DNA of 64,000 bases from Desulfobacterales bacterium (GTDB lineage Bacteria > Desulfobacterota > Desulfobacteria > Desulfobacterales > UBA2174): contig CAXXWC010000019.1 in assembly GCA_963668645.2 (NCBI GenBank), forward strand, positions 710,053-774,052. Direction: 5' to 3'. A program made the translations under genes and the position numbers. Under the pieces are notes generated by a model. The model worked only from the letters and a program-made list of their open reading frames with translations, was not told the origin of the DNA and made no database searches. Position 1 is the stretch's first letter, and each line of letters opens with the position of its first letter. Below are positions 11,168 to 20,467 of this stretch, piece by piece.

Positions 11168-13099
11168 TCACTGTCCTTCGGTTATCGGCGCGTAGCCGGA
11201 CATCGCCTGCATCTTACGCTTGCTGCTGCGAGAGCGCAGGTTGACGATACCTATGAAAAGGACCACCGCCAAACCGACGATATCGGTCGCGGTGTTGGAA
11301 ATCAACAAAAGCACGCTGCCGGTAAAGGCGACGACGCGGTTCATCGGCGAAAAATCGGTGAACAGATAACCGCAAAACGCGGCGGACATCATGACGGTTC
11401 CCACAAAGGCCGTCAAGAAGCTAATAACGATAAAGCCGCTGCTTCCCTCCAGCAGCAAAGCCGCATTGTAGGCAAAGACGTAAGGGATGATGTACTTGAC
11501 GAAACCGAGCTTGGCAGCAATCACCCCGGTCTTCATGACGTTGGCCTCTGCGATGGCCGCACCGGCATAGGCCGCCAGCGCCACCGGCGGTGTGATGGCC
11601 GAAAGCAGGCATGAATAGAACACGAACATATGAGCGGAGATCGGAATCAAGCCCATCTCGATCAGAGACGGGGCGGCGATCATCGATACGATGATGTAGG
11701 CCGGAGCGGTCGGAACCCCCATGCCCAGGACCAGACATGCCAGCATGACCAAAACCAGCATCAGCGGGAAAATGCCTTGTGAGAGGGCGAGAATGATATC
11801 GACGAATTTGATCCCCAGACCGGTGATATCCAGGCACCCGACCACCACACCGGCGCAGGCGCAGCACGATGCGATGACCACGGCGTTTTTGGCCCCGGCC
11901 ATCAGGGCCCCAATGAACTCTTCCAGGCTGAGGCGGCTCGATTTTCGCGCCATGGCGACGACCATCAGCGCGACGATGGCCACAAAGGCGGCCCGAAACG
12001 GGGTAAAGCCCTTGATCAGCACAAAAACGAGCAGAAAAATCGGAACGATGAAATGGAACCCGCTGTAAACGGTCTCCTTGAGTGGCGGCAATGAAGATTT
12101 GGGGACCCGCCCCAGATTCATCCGCAACGCCTCCAGGTGGGTCGAGGCGAACAGCGCGACGAAATAGAGCAACGCCGGCAGCAGGGCCGCCTTGCAGATG
12201 GAAAGGTAGGAGACCCCCATGATCTCGGCCATGATAAAGGCCGCGGCCCCCATGATGGGCGGCATGATTTGCCCCCCGGCCGAGGCGGCCGCCTCCACCG
12301 CACCGGCGTATTCGGGCTTATATCCCATTTTCTTCATCAGCGGGATCGTGAAGGTGCCCGTTCCGTAGACGTTGGCCACCGAATGGCCCGAAATGGTGCC
12401 GAACAGGCCGCTTGCGATGACCGACACCTTTGCCGGCCCTCCGATGGCCCACCCCACCGCCGAGAGGCTCAAATCGATGATAAATTTACCGGCGCCGGTT
12501 TGCTCGAGCAGGGCCGCAAAGAGGATGAACAAAAAGACGAAAGTCGCCGACACGCCCAGCGGCACCCCGAAGATGGCATGCGGCGTCATGAACATGTGAT
12601 CGATGAAGATTCTCAAATTGGGCGAACGGATGGTAAACGGATACGGCAGGTGCTGGCCGATGAGCGTATAACCCACAAAAATTATGGCCACAATCGGCAG
12701 CGCGGCGCCGGTCACACGACGCGTCACCTCCAGCAGCAGCACCAGGGTCACCCAGCCGATGGTGATGTCCAGCGCCGTCATTTCTCCGGTATACCATTCC
12801 CTCGACACGATCCGGTCATGGTGAAAAAGAAGATAAAAATCGATCAGCAGGCACAGAAGCGCAAGGACCACGTCCAGAATCGCGGTTTTTTCCTTGGGCC
12901 ATGTCTTTTTCGCCGGCCAGATCAGAAACCCGAGGGTCATCAGCGTCAGCAGGTGGATGGTGCGCAGACTGTAGGCCTCGATGATTCCAAAGGCCCCGGT
13001 GTAAAGGTGAAACAACGAGATGGAGATGGCGGTAATGGCGGTAAACAGCGTGATGGCGTTGATGGTTGAATTCGGCTTCGGAAAAATGCTCGATAACAT
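11168..13099 (-). CDS. TRAP transporter fused 4TM/12TM permease, module B
   Basis: 643 aa; GGPAKVSV, EAAASAGGQIMPPIMGAAAFIMAE, LGMGVPT and ITPPVALAAY motifs. Confidence 0.95.
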   Translation of the reverse strand: MLSSIFPKPNSTINAITLFTAITAISISLFHLYTGAFGIIEAYSLRTIHLLTLMTLGFLIWPAKKTWPKEKTAILDVVLALLCLLIDFYLLFHHDRIVSREWYTGEMTALDITIGWVTLVLLLEVTRRVTGAALPIVAIIFVGYTLIGQHLPYPFTIRSPNLRIFIDHMFMTPHAIFGVPLGVSATFVFLFILFAALLEQTGAGKFIIDLSLSAVGWAIGGPAKVSVIASGLFGTISGHSVANVYGTGTFTIPLMKKMGYKPEYAGAVEAAASAGGQIMPPIMGAAAFIMAEIMGVSYLSICKAALLPALLYFVALFASTHLEALRMNLGRVPKSSLPPLKETVYSGFHFIVPIFLLVFVLIKGFTPFRAAFVAIVALMVVAMARKSSRLSLEEFIGALMAGAKNAVVIASCCACAGVVVGCLDITGLGIKFVDIILALSQGIFPLMLVLVMLACLVLGMGVPTAPAYIIVSMIAAPSLIEMGLIPISAHMFVFYSCLLSAITPPVALAAYAGAAIAEANVMKTGVIAAKLGFVKYIIPYVFAYNAALLLEGSSGFIVISFLTAFVGTVMMSAAFCGYLFTDFSPMNRVVAFTGSVLLLISNTATDIVGLAVVLFIGIVNLRSRSSKRKMQAMSGYAPITEGQ

Positions 13100-13214
13100 A
13101 TCTCGACCCCGCCTGCTTTGCCGGCAGGCGGTTGGGCAACAACGCCCCCCCGCCCGCCGGTAAAATCCAATAAATGGAATGTGTTTTCAGCCTTACGACA
13201 ATCGCTGTGCCGTG

Positions 13215-14207
13215 CTATTTGTGATAGCCAACTTTCTGGTAGAATTTCAAAGCCCCCGGATGGATCGGCAGCGAGATATTGCGTGCCATCCCCTCTGCAG
13301 TAAAGGTGCGCAGGGCCGCATGGTGATCCTGGTACTCTTTTGCATTGCCGGCCATTGCCTCGACAATGGCATAGGCGACCTCGTCGGGCACGCCGGCGTT
13401 GATAATAATTTCTCCGCTGCTGCACGGGCATTTCACGTCATAATCGATTCCCCTGTAAATGCCGGCCTTCATGACCCGGGTGAGGGTGCCCGAACTTTGA
13501 TTGACCTTCTCCAGCAGATCGTCGCCCCATTTGAGGACCTTCATATCCCTTACGGTGGTCAGCTCCATCAACCACCCGGCCTTGCCTACGGCCGCAGCGC
13601 AGATCATGTCGGCATGGCCGTCTTTTATCAGGGAGACGGCATCTCCCCATCGCACAAAATTCACCTCTCCACCCCAGGACTTGATGTCGTCCCAGGAAAG
13701 GCCCCTTGACTTGAGCGCCAGGCGAAACTCCATCTCGGTGATCGAGCCCTTGGAAAGGGTGCAGAGCCGGACCGGGTATTTCTTTTCGATCAACTCATCG
13801 ACCGAATCCACCGGCAGGTCTGCGCGGGCCACCATGAAATAGTACATCTCGTCTTGCACGTTCATCAGTGCCCTGACATTGGAATAATCCTTGTCCATGG
13901 GGGCCTCGCCCTTTTCGGCCATGGCGCACAGGGTGTTGGAGGTGCTGGCGATATCCAGTTCGCCGGAATTGACCCGGGCCAGATTGCCGACCCATCCGCC
14001 CGGCACCACGGTCATGTCAATCTTCGGGTGGACGCCCTTGACCACCTTGCTGAGACCGGTGAGCATCACAAAGCCGGCGCCTCCGACGGCACCACCGCCG
14101 GCCCTCATGATCGCGCGCAGTTGCGAACCGGCCCAAGCCGCCGGAACAAACATCGTAGAGACAAGCATCAGGGCAAACAGAACGGTGGCACACTTGAAAC
14201 GTTTCAT
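13215..14207 (-). CDS. TAXI-family TRAP solute-binding protein, module B
   Basis: Signal peptide MKRFKC...AAWA; PGGWVGN and PIHPGALKFY motifs; AAAGGGGGAG RBS. Confidence 0.92.
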   Translation of the reverse strand: MKRFKCATVLFALMLVSTMFVPAAWAGSQLRAIMRAGGGAVGGAGFVMLTGLSKVVKGVHPKIDMTVVPGGWVGNLARVNSGELDIASTSNTLCAMAEKGEAPMDKDYSNVRALMNVQDEMYYFMVARADLPVDSVDELIEKKYPVRLCTLSKGSITEMEFRLALKSRGLSWDDIKSWGGEVNFVRWGDAVSLIKDGHADMICAAAVGKAGWLMELTTVRDMKVLKWGDDLLEKVNQSSGTLTRVMKAGIYRGIDYDVKCPCSSGEIIINAGVPDEVAYAIVEAMAGNAKEYQDHHAALRTFTAEGMARNISLPIHPGALKFYQKVGYHK

Positions 14208-14313
14208 ACACTCCCCCTTTGTTGCTCTCTGAAAGAAGTGAACTGCCCGGAATCGATCCACCCGGCGGCGCCGAGCCGGCGGCCCTCCATTGAATATTGA
14301 ATAAGGCCCGCGA

Positions 14314-15651
14314 TCAATCCCAATGAATGTCCTTTCTAGCCATCGCTGCGCGTTGAATGTCCTCCCTGAAGTCGGGATGACAGATCTCGATCAACGCCTT
14401 GGCGCGCTGGCGCAGGTTTCGGCCTCGCAAAGCAGCGATTCCGTATTCGGTCACCACGTAATCGGCCAGCGTTCGAGGCGTGGTGACCGTGGCCCCCGGC
14501 GCCAGGGTCGCGCCGATTCTCGACACCTTGCCCCCGGCCGCCGTGGCGGGCATGGCGATCACGAATTTCCCCCGGGGCGCCATCGACGCACCCAGAGCGA
14601 AATCGAGCTGCCCGCCGGTTCCCGTAAACAGCCTTGTGCCGATGCTTTCGGCACAAATCTGGCCCGTGACATCCACCTCGATGGCCGAGTTGATGGCCAC
14701 CATGCGCTGGTTTTGCGCGATGATGTTCGGATCGTTAGTGTAAGAAACCTCCCGGAACTCGACAACCGGATTGCCGTCCAAAAACGAAAACAGCTTCCCG
14801 TCGCCCATTACAAAGGTGCAAACGACCTTATGGGGATCGACGGTTTTTCTCTTTCCGTTGATCACGCCTCTTTCCATAAGCTCGATAACGCCGTTGCCGA
14901 TCATCTCCGAATGGATGCCGATGTTTTTGTGGCTTTTCAAGGCGGCCAGCACCGCGTTGGGAATGGCGCCGATCCCGAGCTGGAGGGTGGCGCCGTCCTC
15001 GATCAGGGAGGCCACATGCTTTCCTATGGCCATTTCTACGGCGCCGGTTTTAATCTGCGGTGTCTCATAAAGCGGATAACTGGCCTCGATCAGGTAGTCG
15101 AGATCCGACAGATGGATCCGCGATCCGTAGGTCACGGGAACCAGATCGTTGATCTCACCGATGACGATCTTGGCCGACTTGGCCGCCGTCGGCAAGTAGG
15201 AGGTGCAGATCCCGTAGCTGCAGTAGCCGTATTCATCAGGCGGGGAAAGCTGCAGCACAACGATGTCCGGCCTGATGTGGCCCGCCTGCATATACGCAGG
15301 CATCTGGCCGAAACGGTTCGGGATGTAGTCGGCATTGCCCTCCAGCATGCTCTGGCGGCTGTTGGGCCCGAGCATGAAGGCATTGTGAAAAAAGCTGTCT
15401 TTATAACACGGGCTGAGATATTCGGCCGGCCCTTCCACCCGGACATGGGTGATCCAAACATTTTTGAGCTCAGCGGCGCGCGCCACCATCGACCGCACGA
15501 AGGCCCGCGGCGAGGCGCTGGAATGGCCGGTGACGATAAGATTCCCTGATTGTACCAGTGCTGCGGCCGCGTCGGGTGTCACCGTCTCCGGCTTGTTGGA
15601 CAATTTTTCCGCAGCGTTCGAAAGATCGTGGTTTTTCATGTGCATGACCAT
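14314..15651 (-). CDS. Acetyl-CoA hydrolase/CoA-transferase, module B (paralog of 4434-5759)
   Basis: DGATLQLGIGAIP, GIHSEM, GTGGQLDF and VVTEYG motifs; start uncertain (15639-15702). Confidence 0.9.
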   Translation of the reverse strand: MVMHMKNHDLSNAAEKLSNKPETVTPDAAAALVQSGNLIVTGHSSASPRAFVRSMVARAAELKNVWITHVRVEGPAEYLSPCYKDSFFHNAFMLGPNSRQSMLEGNADYIPNRFGQMPAYMQAGHIRPDIVVLQLSPPDEYGYCSYGICTSYLPTAAKSAKIVIGEINDLVPVTYGSRIHLSDLDYLIEASYPLYETPQIKTGAVEMAIGKHVASLIEDGATLQLGIGAIPNAVLAALKSHKNIGIHSEMIGNGVIELMERGVINGKRKTVDPHKVVCTFVMGDGKLFSFLDGNPVVEFREVSYTNDPNIIAQNQRMVAINSAIEVDVTGQICAESIGTRLFTGTGGQLDFALGASMAPRGKFVIAMPATAAGGKVSRIGATLAPGATVTTPRTLADYVVTEYGIAALRGRNLRQRAKALIEICHPDFREDIQRAAMARKDIHWD

Positions 15652-15754
15652 CGCGCGAGTTGCCCCATGAAAACTGAGGATTGCAGCGGCCGGCGACATC
15701 ACGAGGAGCGCCGGCCGCCGTTGCGGTTATCGGCCCGCGGGCCGACGCACAGCG

Positions 15755-15970
15755 CTATTCGATCACCGCCAGCAAGGCGTCTTTTTGGACCGCCTGGCCC
15801 GCCGTTACGTGAAGTTCCAGGACCTTTCCGGCCTGGGGGGCGACGATGGGCATCTCCATCTTCATCGCCTCCATCACGAACATCTGTTCATGCAGCGTAA
15901 CATCCTTGCCGATGGTGGCCAGCACCTGAACGATCTTCCCCGGCATGGGTGCGGTAACTTGTCGACTCAT
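15755..15970 (-). CDS. Biotin carboxyl carrier protein, module B
   Basis: 71 aa; APMPGKI and EAMKM motifs. Confidence 0.95.
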   Translation of the reverse strand: MSRQVTAPMPGKIVQVLATIGKDVTLHEQMFVMEAMKMEMPIVAPQAGKVLELHVTAGQAVQKDALLAVIE

Positions 15971-16012
15971 CGCTTTTTTCCTTTCTGTGACAGGTTCGAA
16001 CGCCTTGCATGG

Positions 16013-17590
16013 CTAGGGACGCACGCCGTATTTGGCCTTGGGCCCCAGAATGGTTTTCAGATAGTGCTGCGAAGCTTCCACCAGCCGCGCCAGCCTTGAC
16101 CGGGTCTCCCGTGGATCGATAATGTCTTCGACGGCAAAGTATTCCGCCGTCCTGAACGGGGAGCCCAGTGCGATGATCTCCTCTTCGATCTCCCTTCTTC
16201 GTTTATCGGGATCCGGGCTGTTTTCGATTTCCCTTTTGAAGGCCGCCGCCACGCCGCCTTCCACCGGAATGGATCCGAATTCGGCCGAAGGCCAGGCCAT
16301 CCGGTAGCAAAGCCGATTGTTTACATAGTTGAGCGCGCCGGCCATGCCATAACATTTGCGGGTAATAATGGTGAACCTGGGCACATGGGCCTGAAGGCCC
16401 ACATGCATGGCGCTCATGCCGGCCCGCAGCGTGCCCATGGCCTCGGCCTCGCGCCCGATCATGAACCCGGGAACATCCACCAGAAAGACCAGGGGGATGT
16501 TGAACTCGTTGCACATCTCGATGAAATGGCCCATCTTCTTGGAATCACAAGCGTCCGGGGCGCCGGCGTTGACCCAGGGATTGTTGGCCACGATGCCCAC
16601 CGGATAGCCGCCGATGCGGGCCAGGCCGACGATGGCGGCCACGCCGAAGGTCGGTTGGATCTCGAAAAAACTGCCTTTATCAAAAACCATGTCGATGACG
16701 CGCCGCATGTCATACGGTTTCAACCGGTTTTTCGGCACGATGGACGCCAGTTCCTCATCCTGGCGCTCGACCGGATCGTCGGTGGGCACATAGGGCGCCA
16801 TCTCCCAGACGTTTTGCGGCATAAAGCTGAGAAAACGCCGGATCTGCTCGAAAAGTTCCTGCTCGCTATCCACGGCATTGTCGATGGAACCGCCGAGACT
16901 GACCGCCACCTCCCAACCGCCCAATTCCTCCTTGCCGATGGGCATGGACATCGCCCGTTCGACCACGGGGGGGCCTGCCGCGAAAAGCTGGGAGGATCCT
17001 TTCACCATGACGGAAAAATGCCCCATCACGGCCCGGCCTGCCGGCCCCCCGGCCGTCGAACCGAGGACCCCGCAGGCCACCGGCACCAGCCCGAGAAGCT
17101 CCATGCAGCGTTCGTAGCCGTCTTTGGCCGGCAGTCGCTTGTATTTGGAGGAAAGCGCCGAACTGACATTGGCCCCGACCCCGTCGATCAGGTTGACCAG
17201 AGGGATGCGAAACTCCTTGGCCATGTCCTCGACGAATCCTCCCTGCCCGCCCTTGCGGCGCGCCAGGCCCGCACTGGAACCGCCGCGAACGGTAAAATCC
17301 TCCCCGCCAACGGCCACATCGCGGCCGTCGATCTTGGCCAGCCCCATCACATAGGGCGCCGGGGTGATCTCTTTGAACTTGCCGTTCTCCCAGGTGGCCT
17401 TTCCGGTCAATTTTCCGATTTCCAGAAACGACCCCGAATCACATAGCGTATCGATCCGTTCCCGGATCGTAAACTTTCCCTGCTGGTGGTGCCGTGCCAC
17501 CCGGTCCTCTCCTCCCAAATTCAGTGCCAACTTTCTACGCAGTTCCAACTCTTCAATTTCTGCTTCCCAATCCATCACGTCATCCTCCAT
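16013..17590 (-). CDS. Acyl-CoA carboxylase/decarboxylase carboxyltransferase subunit, module B
   Basis: TIRERIDTLCD, DFTVRGGS, EELGG, VDVPGFMIG, RKCYG and AWPSAE motifs. Confidence 0.92.
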   Translation of the reverse strand: MEDDVMDWEAEIEELELRRKLALNLGGEDRVARHHQQGKFTIRERIDTLCDSGSFLEIGKLTGKATWENGKFKEITPAPYVMGLAKIDGRDVAVGGEDFTVRGGSSAGLARRKGGQGGFVEDMAKEFRIPLVNLIDGVGANVSSALSSKYKRLPAKDGYERCMELLGLVPVACGVLGSTAGGPAGRAVMGHFSVMVKGSSQLFAAGPPVVERAMSMPIGKEELGGWEVAVSLGGSIDNAVDSEQELFEQIRRFLSFMPQNVWEMAPYVPTDDPVERQDEELASIVPKNRLKPYDMRRVIDMVFDKGSFFEIQPTFGVAAIVGLARIGGYPVGIVANNPWVNAGAPDACDSKKMGHFIEMCNEFNIPLVFLVDVPGFMIGREAEAMGTLRAGMSAMHVGLQAHVPRFTIITRKCYGMAGALNYVNNRLCYRMAWPSAEFGSIPVEGGVAAAFKREIENSPDPDKRRREIEEEIIALGSPFRTAEYFAVEDIIDPRETRSRLARLVEASQHYLKTILGPKAKYGVRP

Positions 17591-18097
17591 TCTCTTCGCT
17601 GCAGCTCAGGTGATGATTTTCAGCCGTTGATCGGCCCGTAGCCTCCGTAGCGTTTTTTTGCCTTGATAGCCGGCACTTTTAACTCCTAAGTTGTACGCTT
17701 TTATTGTCGGCTTTTTTGTCTGACATCTTTGGCAGGATATGAAACACCCTACTGTCTTTGTCAAGCAAAAAACGGAACACCGGAAAAAAAAGAGGCAATC
17801 CTTCGAGTTCACGCATAAAAACACTGCCGGGGGACGTGTCGGCAAACCGGAGCCGTAACCGGGAGGGCCTTTTCAGGCCGGCGGCGGTACAGCCGCAGAG
17901 GGCTTGGCCGGCCGCAAAATCGGCCGCCTGTGGATGAACTTCAGGGGAAATACCGGCGCTAAACCGTCCCGGGGGACGGGTGCAGCAGGGGATCAGAAAA
18001 GCATGTTGAGTCGTTGACGGTCCGGCAAGGGGCCGGACCGTTGGCCGGTGGAGACAAAGCGGTACACTTCAGGCCCGCGGACAGCTCCGCGGCAAGG

Positions 18098-18766
18098 CTA
18101 GACAACCCACTTTTTGAATTTTTTCAGGGTGGTTATGGCGCTGCGGATATTCTTTCGCTTCAAAGTCTCGGCCTTTTCCGGGTCTCCTTCCATGATCGCC
18201 TGGAGCACCTCACGATGCTCCTGCAAGCCGGCCTGCACACGCCCAGGCAGCAGGATCAAGCGGCGCTGGACGATGAGCATCTTGGCAAAAATCCGGTCGG
18301 CCACCAGCGACAGCTCCGCATTGGCCGCGGCTTGAAGCAGACGGTTCTGAAACTTGTTGACCAGGGCCAGGTAACCGTCGAGGTTCTTCTCCTTGACCTT
18401 CTCTTCGACGTAATCGCCGAACTCGTCCACCAGATCCTGCCAATCGGCCGCGGTGGTGTTCTCGGTCGCCAGGCGCGCGGCCAGCCCCTCGATCACTTCG
18501 CGAAGCTCCATGATTTCGAAGAGGGTCTTGAGGTCGATCCGGCGGATGGTCGCCCCCTTGTTGGGCTCCTTTTGCACCAGGCCCCGACTTTCCAGGTCCT
18601 GGAGCAGCTCCCGGGCCATCTGGCGGCTGATGCCGAACTCCTGCGCCAGGTCGTTTTCCACCAGTTTGCTGCCCGGAAGGTATTCGCCTTCCACGATACG
18701 CTGCCGCAGCACGTCCAGGACCTCGGTTCGATCCAGCCGCTTTGCGGGTTTTTTCTTTTGCGGCAT
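18098..18766 (-). CDS. GntR/FCD transcriptional regulator (gntR-3), close paralog of gntR-2
   Basis: 222 aa from MPQKKK with GGAGG RBS; winged-helix region identical in protein to gntR-2. Confidence 0.94.
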   Translation of the reverse strand: MPQKKKPAKRLDRTEVLDVLRQRIVEGEYLPGSKLVENDLAQEFGISRQMARELLQDLESRGLVQKEPNKGATIRRIDLKTLFEIMELREVIEGLAARLATENTTAADWQDLVDEFGDYVEEKVKEKNLDGYLALVNKFQNRLLQAAANAELSLVADRIFAKMLIVQRRLILLPGRVQAGLQEHREVLQAIMEGDPEKAETLKRKNIRSAITTLKKFKKWVV

Positions 18767-18815
18767 CTGCCCCTCCATCTCTCGAATCAACCGGCAACCG
18801 ACACATGTTGGAGCC

Positions 18816-18856
18816 AATATATTCAGCCCCGTATTGTATGTCAATATTGTCGGCAC
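18816..18856 (-). promoter_or_regulatory. Sigma70 promoter of gntR-3 with upstream GTGCCGACAA motif
   Basis: Minus-strand TTGACA (18844-18839), 17 nt, TATATT (18821-18816); same layout as the gntR-2 promoter. Confidence 0.65.
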
Positions 18857-19087
18857 TTAGAACCAGCCAGCGCAACGTCCCGGCCCCCCCTTGGAGCACC
18901 TGACTTCTATGTGCAGGAAAGGCGCAACCGGCAGTGGACAGTCGGCATGGATTTGTCCTCCAGGAGTGACACCCGGCACCTTGCCACCGGCCTGGGCATG
19001 GGTCACAGGAAAGCAGTCCGCGGCCCAAGGCACTGCGGGGCACGCGGCGCGCTTTTTCTGGCATACAATTTGATGGGATGGCTAGGC

Positions 19088-20374
19088 ATGAAAACGGACC
19101 TTTTAAATCGCAAGAAGATTCCGATGCCCCCCGGCCCTCCCCGCCGCAACCTGGGTTGCCGCGTTCTGGCGCGGACCTGTGCCGCCTGCGGCCAACTCGC
19201 CGGGCGCCTCGGCCTGCTGACCCGCGCCCGCCGCCTCTTCGCCCGCGCCGTGGTCGTCAATCCTCAAGGCGCCCTGGGCCACCGCGGACTGGGCAACGTG
19301 CTGCGCCGCAGCGGTCGCCCGTCCGCTGCCGTGCCGTGCCTTCGCCGGGCGGTTCGCCTGCGGCCCCGGGACGCCAAGGCCTGGTTCGGCCTCGGCCTGG
19401 CCCTGCGACGCCTGGAGCACCGCAACCAGGCGCGCGGTTGCTTTCACCGCACTCTGGCCATCGATCCGGCCCACGCCGAGGCGGCCTTCTGCCTGGGCCA
19501 GGCCTACGCCCGCCTTGACCGCCTCATGGAAGCCGGCCACTACTTCCGTCTGGCCGCAGCGGCCGATTTTTACATGATCGAAGCCCACAACAACCTCGGA
19601 TGCGTTCTCGACCGGCAAAATCGTCTGCCCGAGGCCCGCGTCTGCCTTCGCCGTGTCCTGGCCCTTGATCCGGGCCACGCCGTCGCGCGCCATCACCTCG
19701 CGGCCCTCGGCGATGCCAATCCGCCGTCGCCGCCGCCGGCCTACGTGCGCCATCTTTTCGACGGCTACGCCCCCCATTTCGACCAGCATCTGACCGAGGT
19801 GCTGCACTACCGGGGCCCGGCAGCCCTGCAGCGCCGGCTCCAGAGCTGTCCCGGCGCTCCGGTGCACTTCGAGCGGGTGCTGGACCTGGGCTGCGGCACC
19901 GGCCTTTCAGGAATGGCCTTTCGCCACCTGGCCGGCCACCTGATCGGAATTGACCTGTCGGCCAATATGCTCCAGGAAGCCGGCAAGAAACAGATCTACG
20001 ATGAGCTTCACACCGCGGCCCTGACCGAATTTCTGGCCCGCAGCCACCAATGCTTCGATCTTTTCGTGGCCGCCGACGTTTTCGTTTATATCGGCGATTT
20101 GGCTCCGGTTTTCAAAGCGGTCCGCCACTGTTGCCGCCCCGGCGCCTGGTTCGTCTTTTCCAGCGAACGCGGCGCTACTTCGGGCTACGCCCTTCAGCGC
20201 AGCGGCCGCTATACCCACAGCCCGGACTACATCGCCCGCCTCGCCGCCCGCAACGGCGCAAAAATCAAGGCGTACGCCCCCACGGCAATCCGCTGCCATA
20301 ACGGTAGCGAAGTCCCCGGGCAGGCACATGTTTTGCGGTTCGCCGCTGGAAGCCGGAACGCCCCGGAAACCTGA
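19088..20374 (+). CDS. TPR-repeat protein with C-terminal class I SAM-dependent methyltransferase
   Basis: TPR motifs (AWFGLGLAL, AHNNLGCVL); YVRHLFDGYAPHFD; VLDLGCGTG; GIDLSANM. The longer 18014 start is a shadow of gntR-3. Confidence 0.85.
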   Translation: MKTDLLNRKKIPMPPGPPRRNLGCRVLARTCAACGQLAGRLGLLTRARRLFARAVVVNPQGALGHRGLGNVLRRSGRPSAAVPCLRRAVRLRPRDAKAWFGLGLALRRLEHRNQARGCFHRTLAIDPAHAEAAFCLGQAYARLDRLMEAGHYFRLAAAADFYMIEAHNNLGCVLDRQNRLPEARVCLRRVLALDPGHAVARHHLAALGDANPPSPPPAYVRHLFDGYAPHFDQHLTEVLHYRGPAALQRRLQSCPGAPVHFERVLDLGCGTGLSGMAFRHLAGHLIGIDLSANMLQEAGKKQIYDELHTAALTEFLARSHQCFDLFVAADVFVYIGDLAPVFKAVRHCCRPGAWFVFSSERGATSGYALQRSGRYTHSPDYIARLAARNGAKIKAYAPTAIRCHNGSEVPGQAHVLRFAAGSRNAPET

Positions 20375-20467
20375 ATGAAATCGGAGGCCGGGGCCCTGGA
20401 AGGCAGGTCCGCCGGGGGCGTCAAAGTTGCCGGATCGCCCCCGCGGCATACCTGGTGGAGATTGGAT

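Noticed and set aside
19059..19074. Sigma54 promoter TGGCATACAATTTGAT before the TPR gene
   Set aside because: The -12 GC is replaced by GA and it lies very close to the start codon; unsupported.
18014..19087. N-terminal extension making the TPR-methyltransferase 786 aa
   Set aside because: Antisense shadow of gntR-3 and its promoter.
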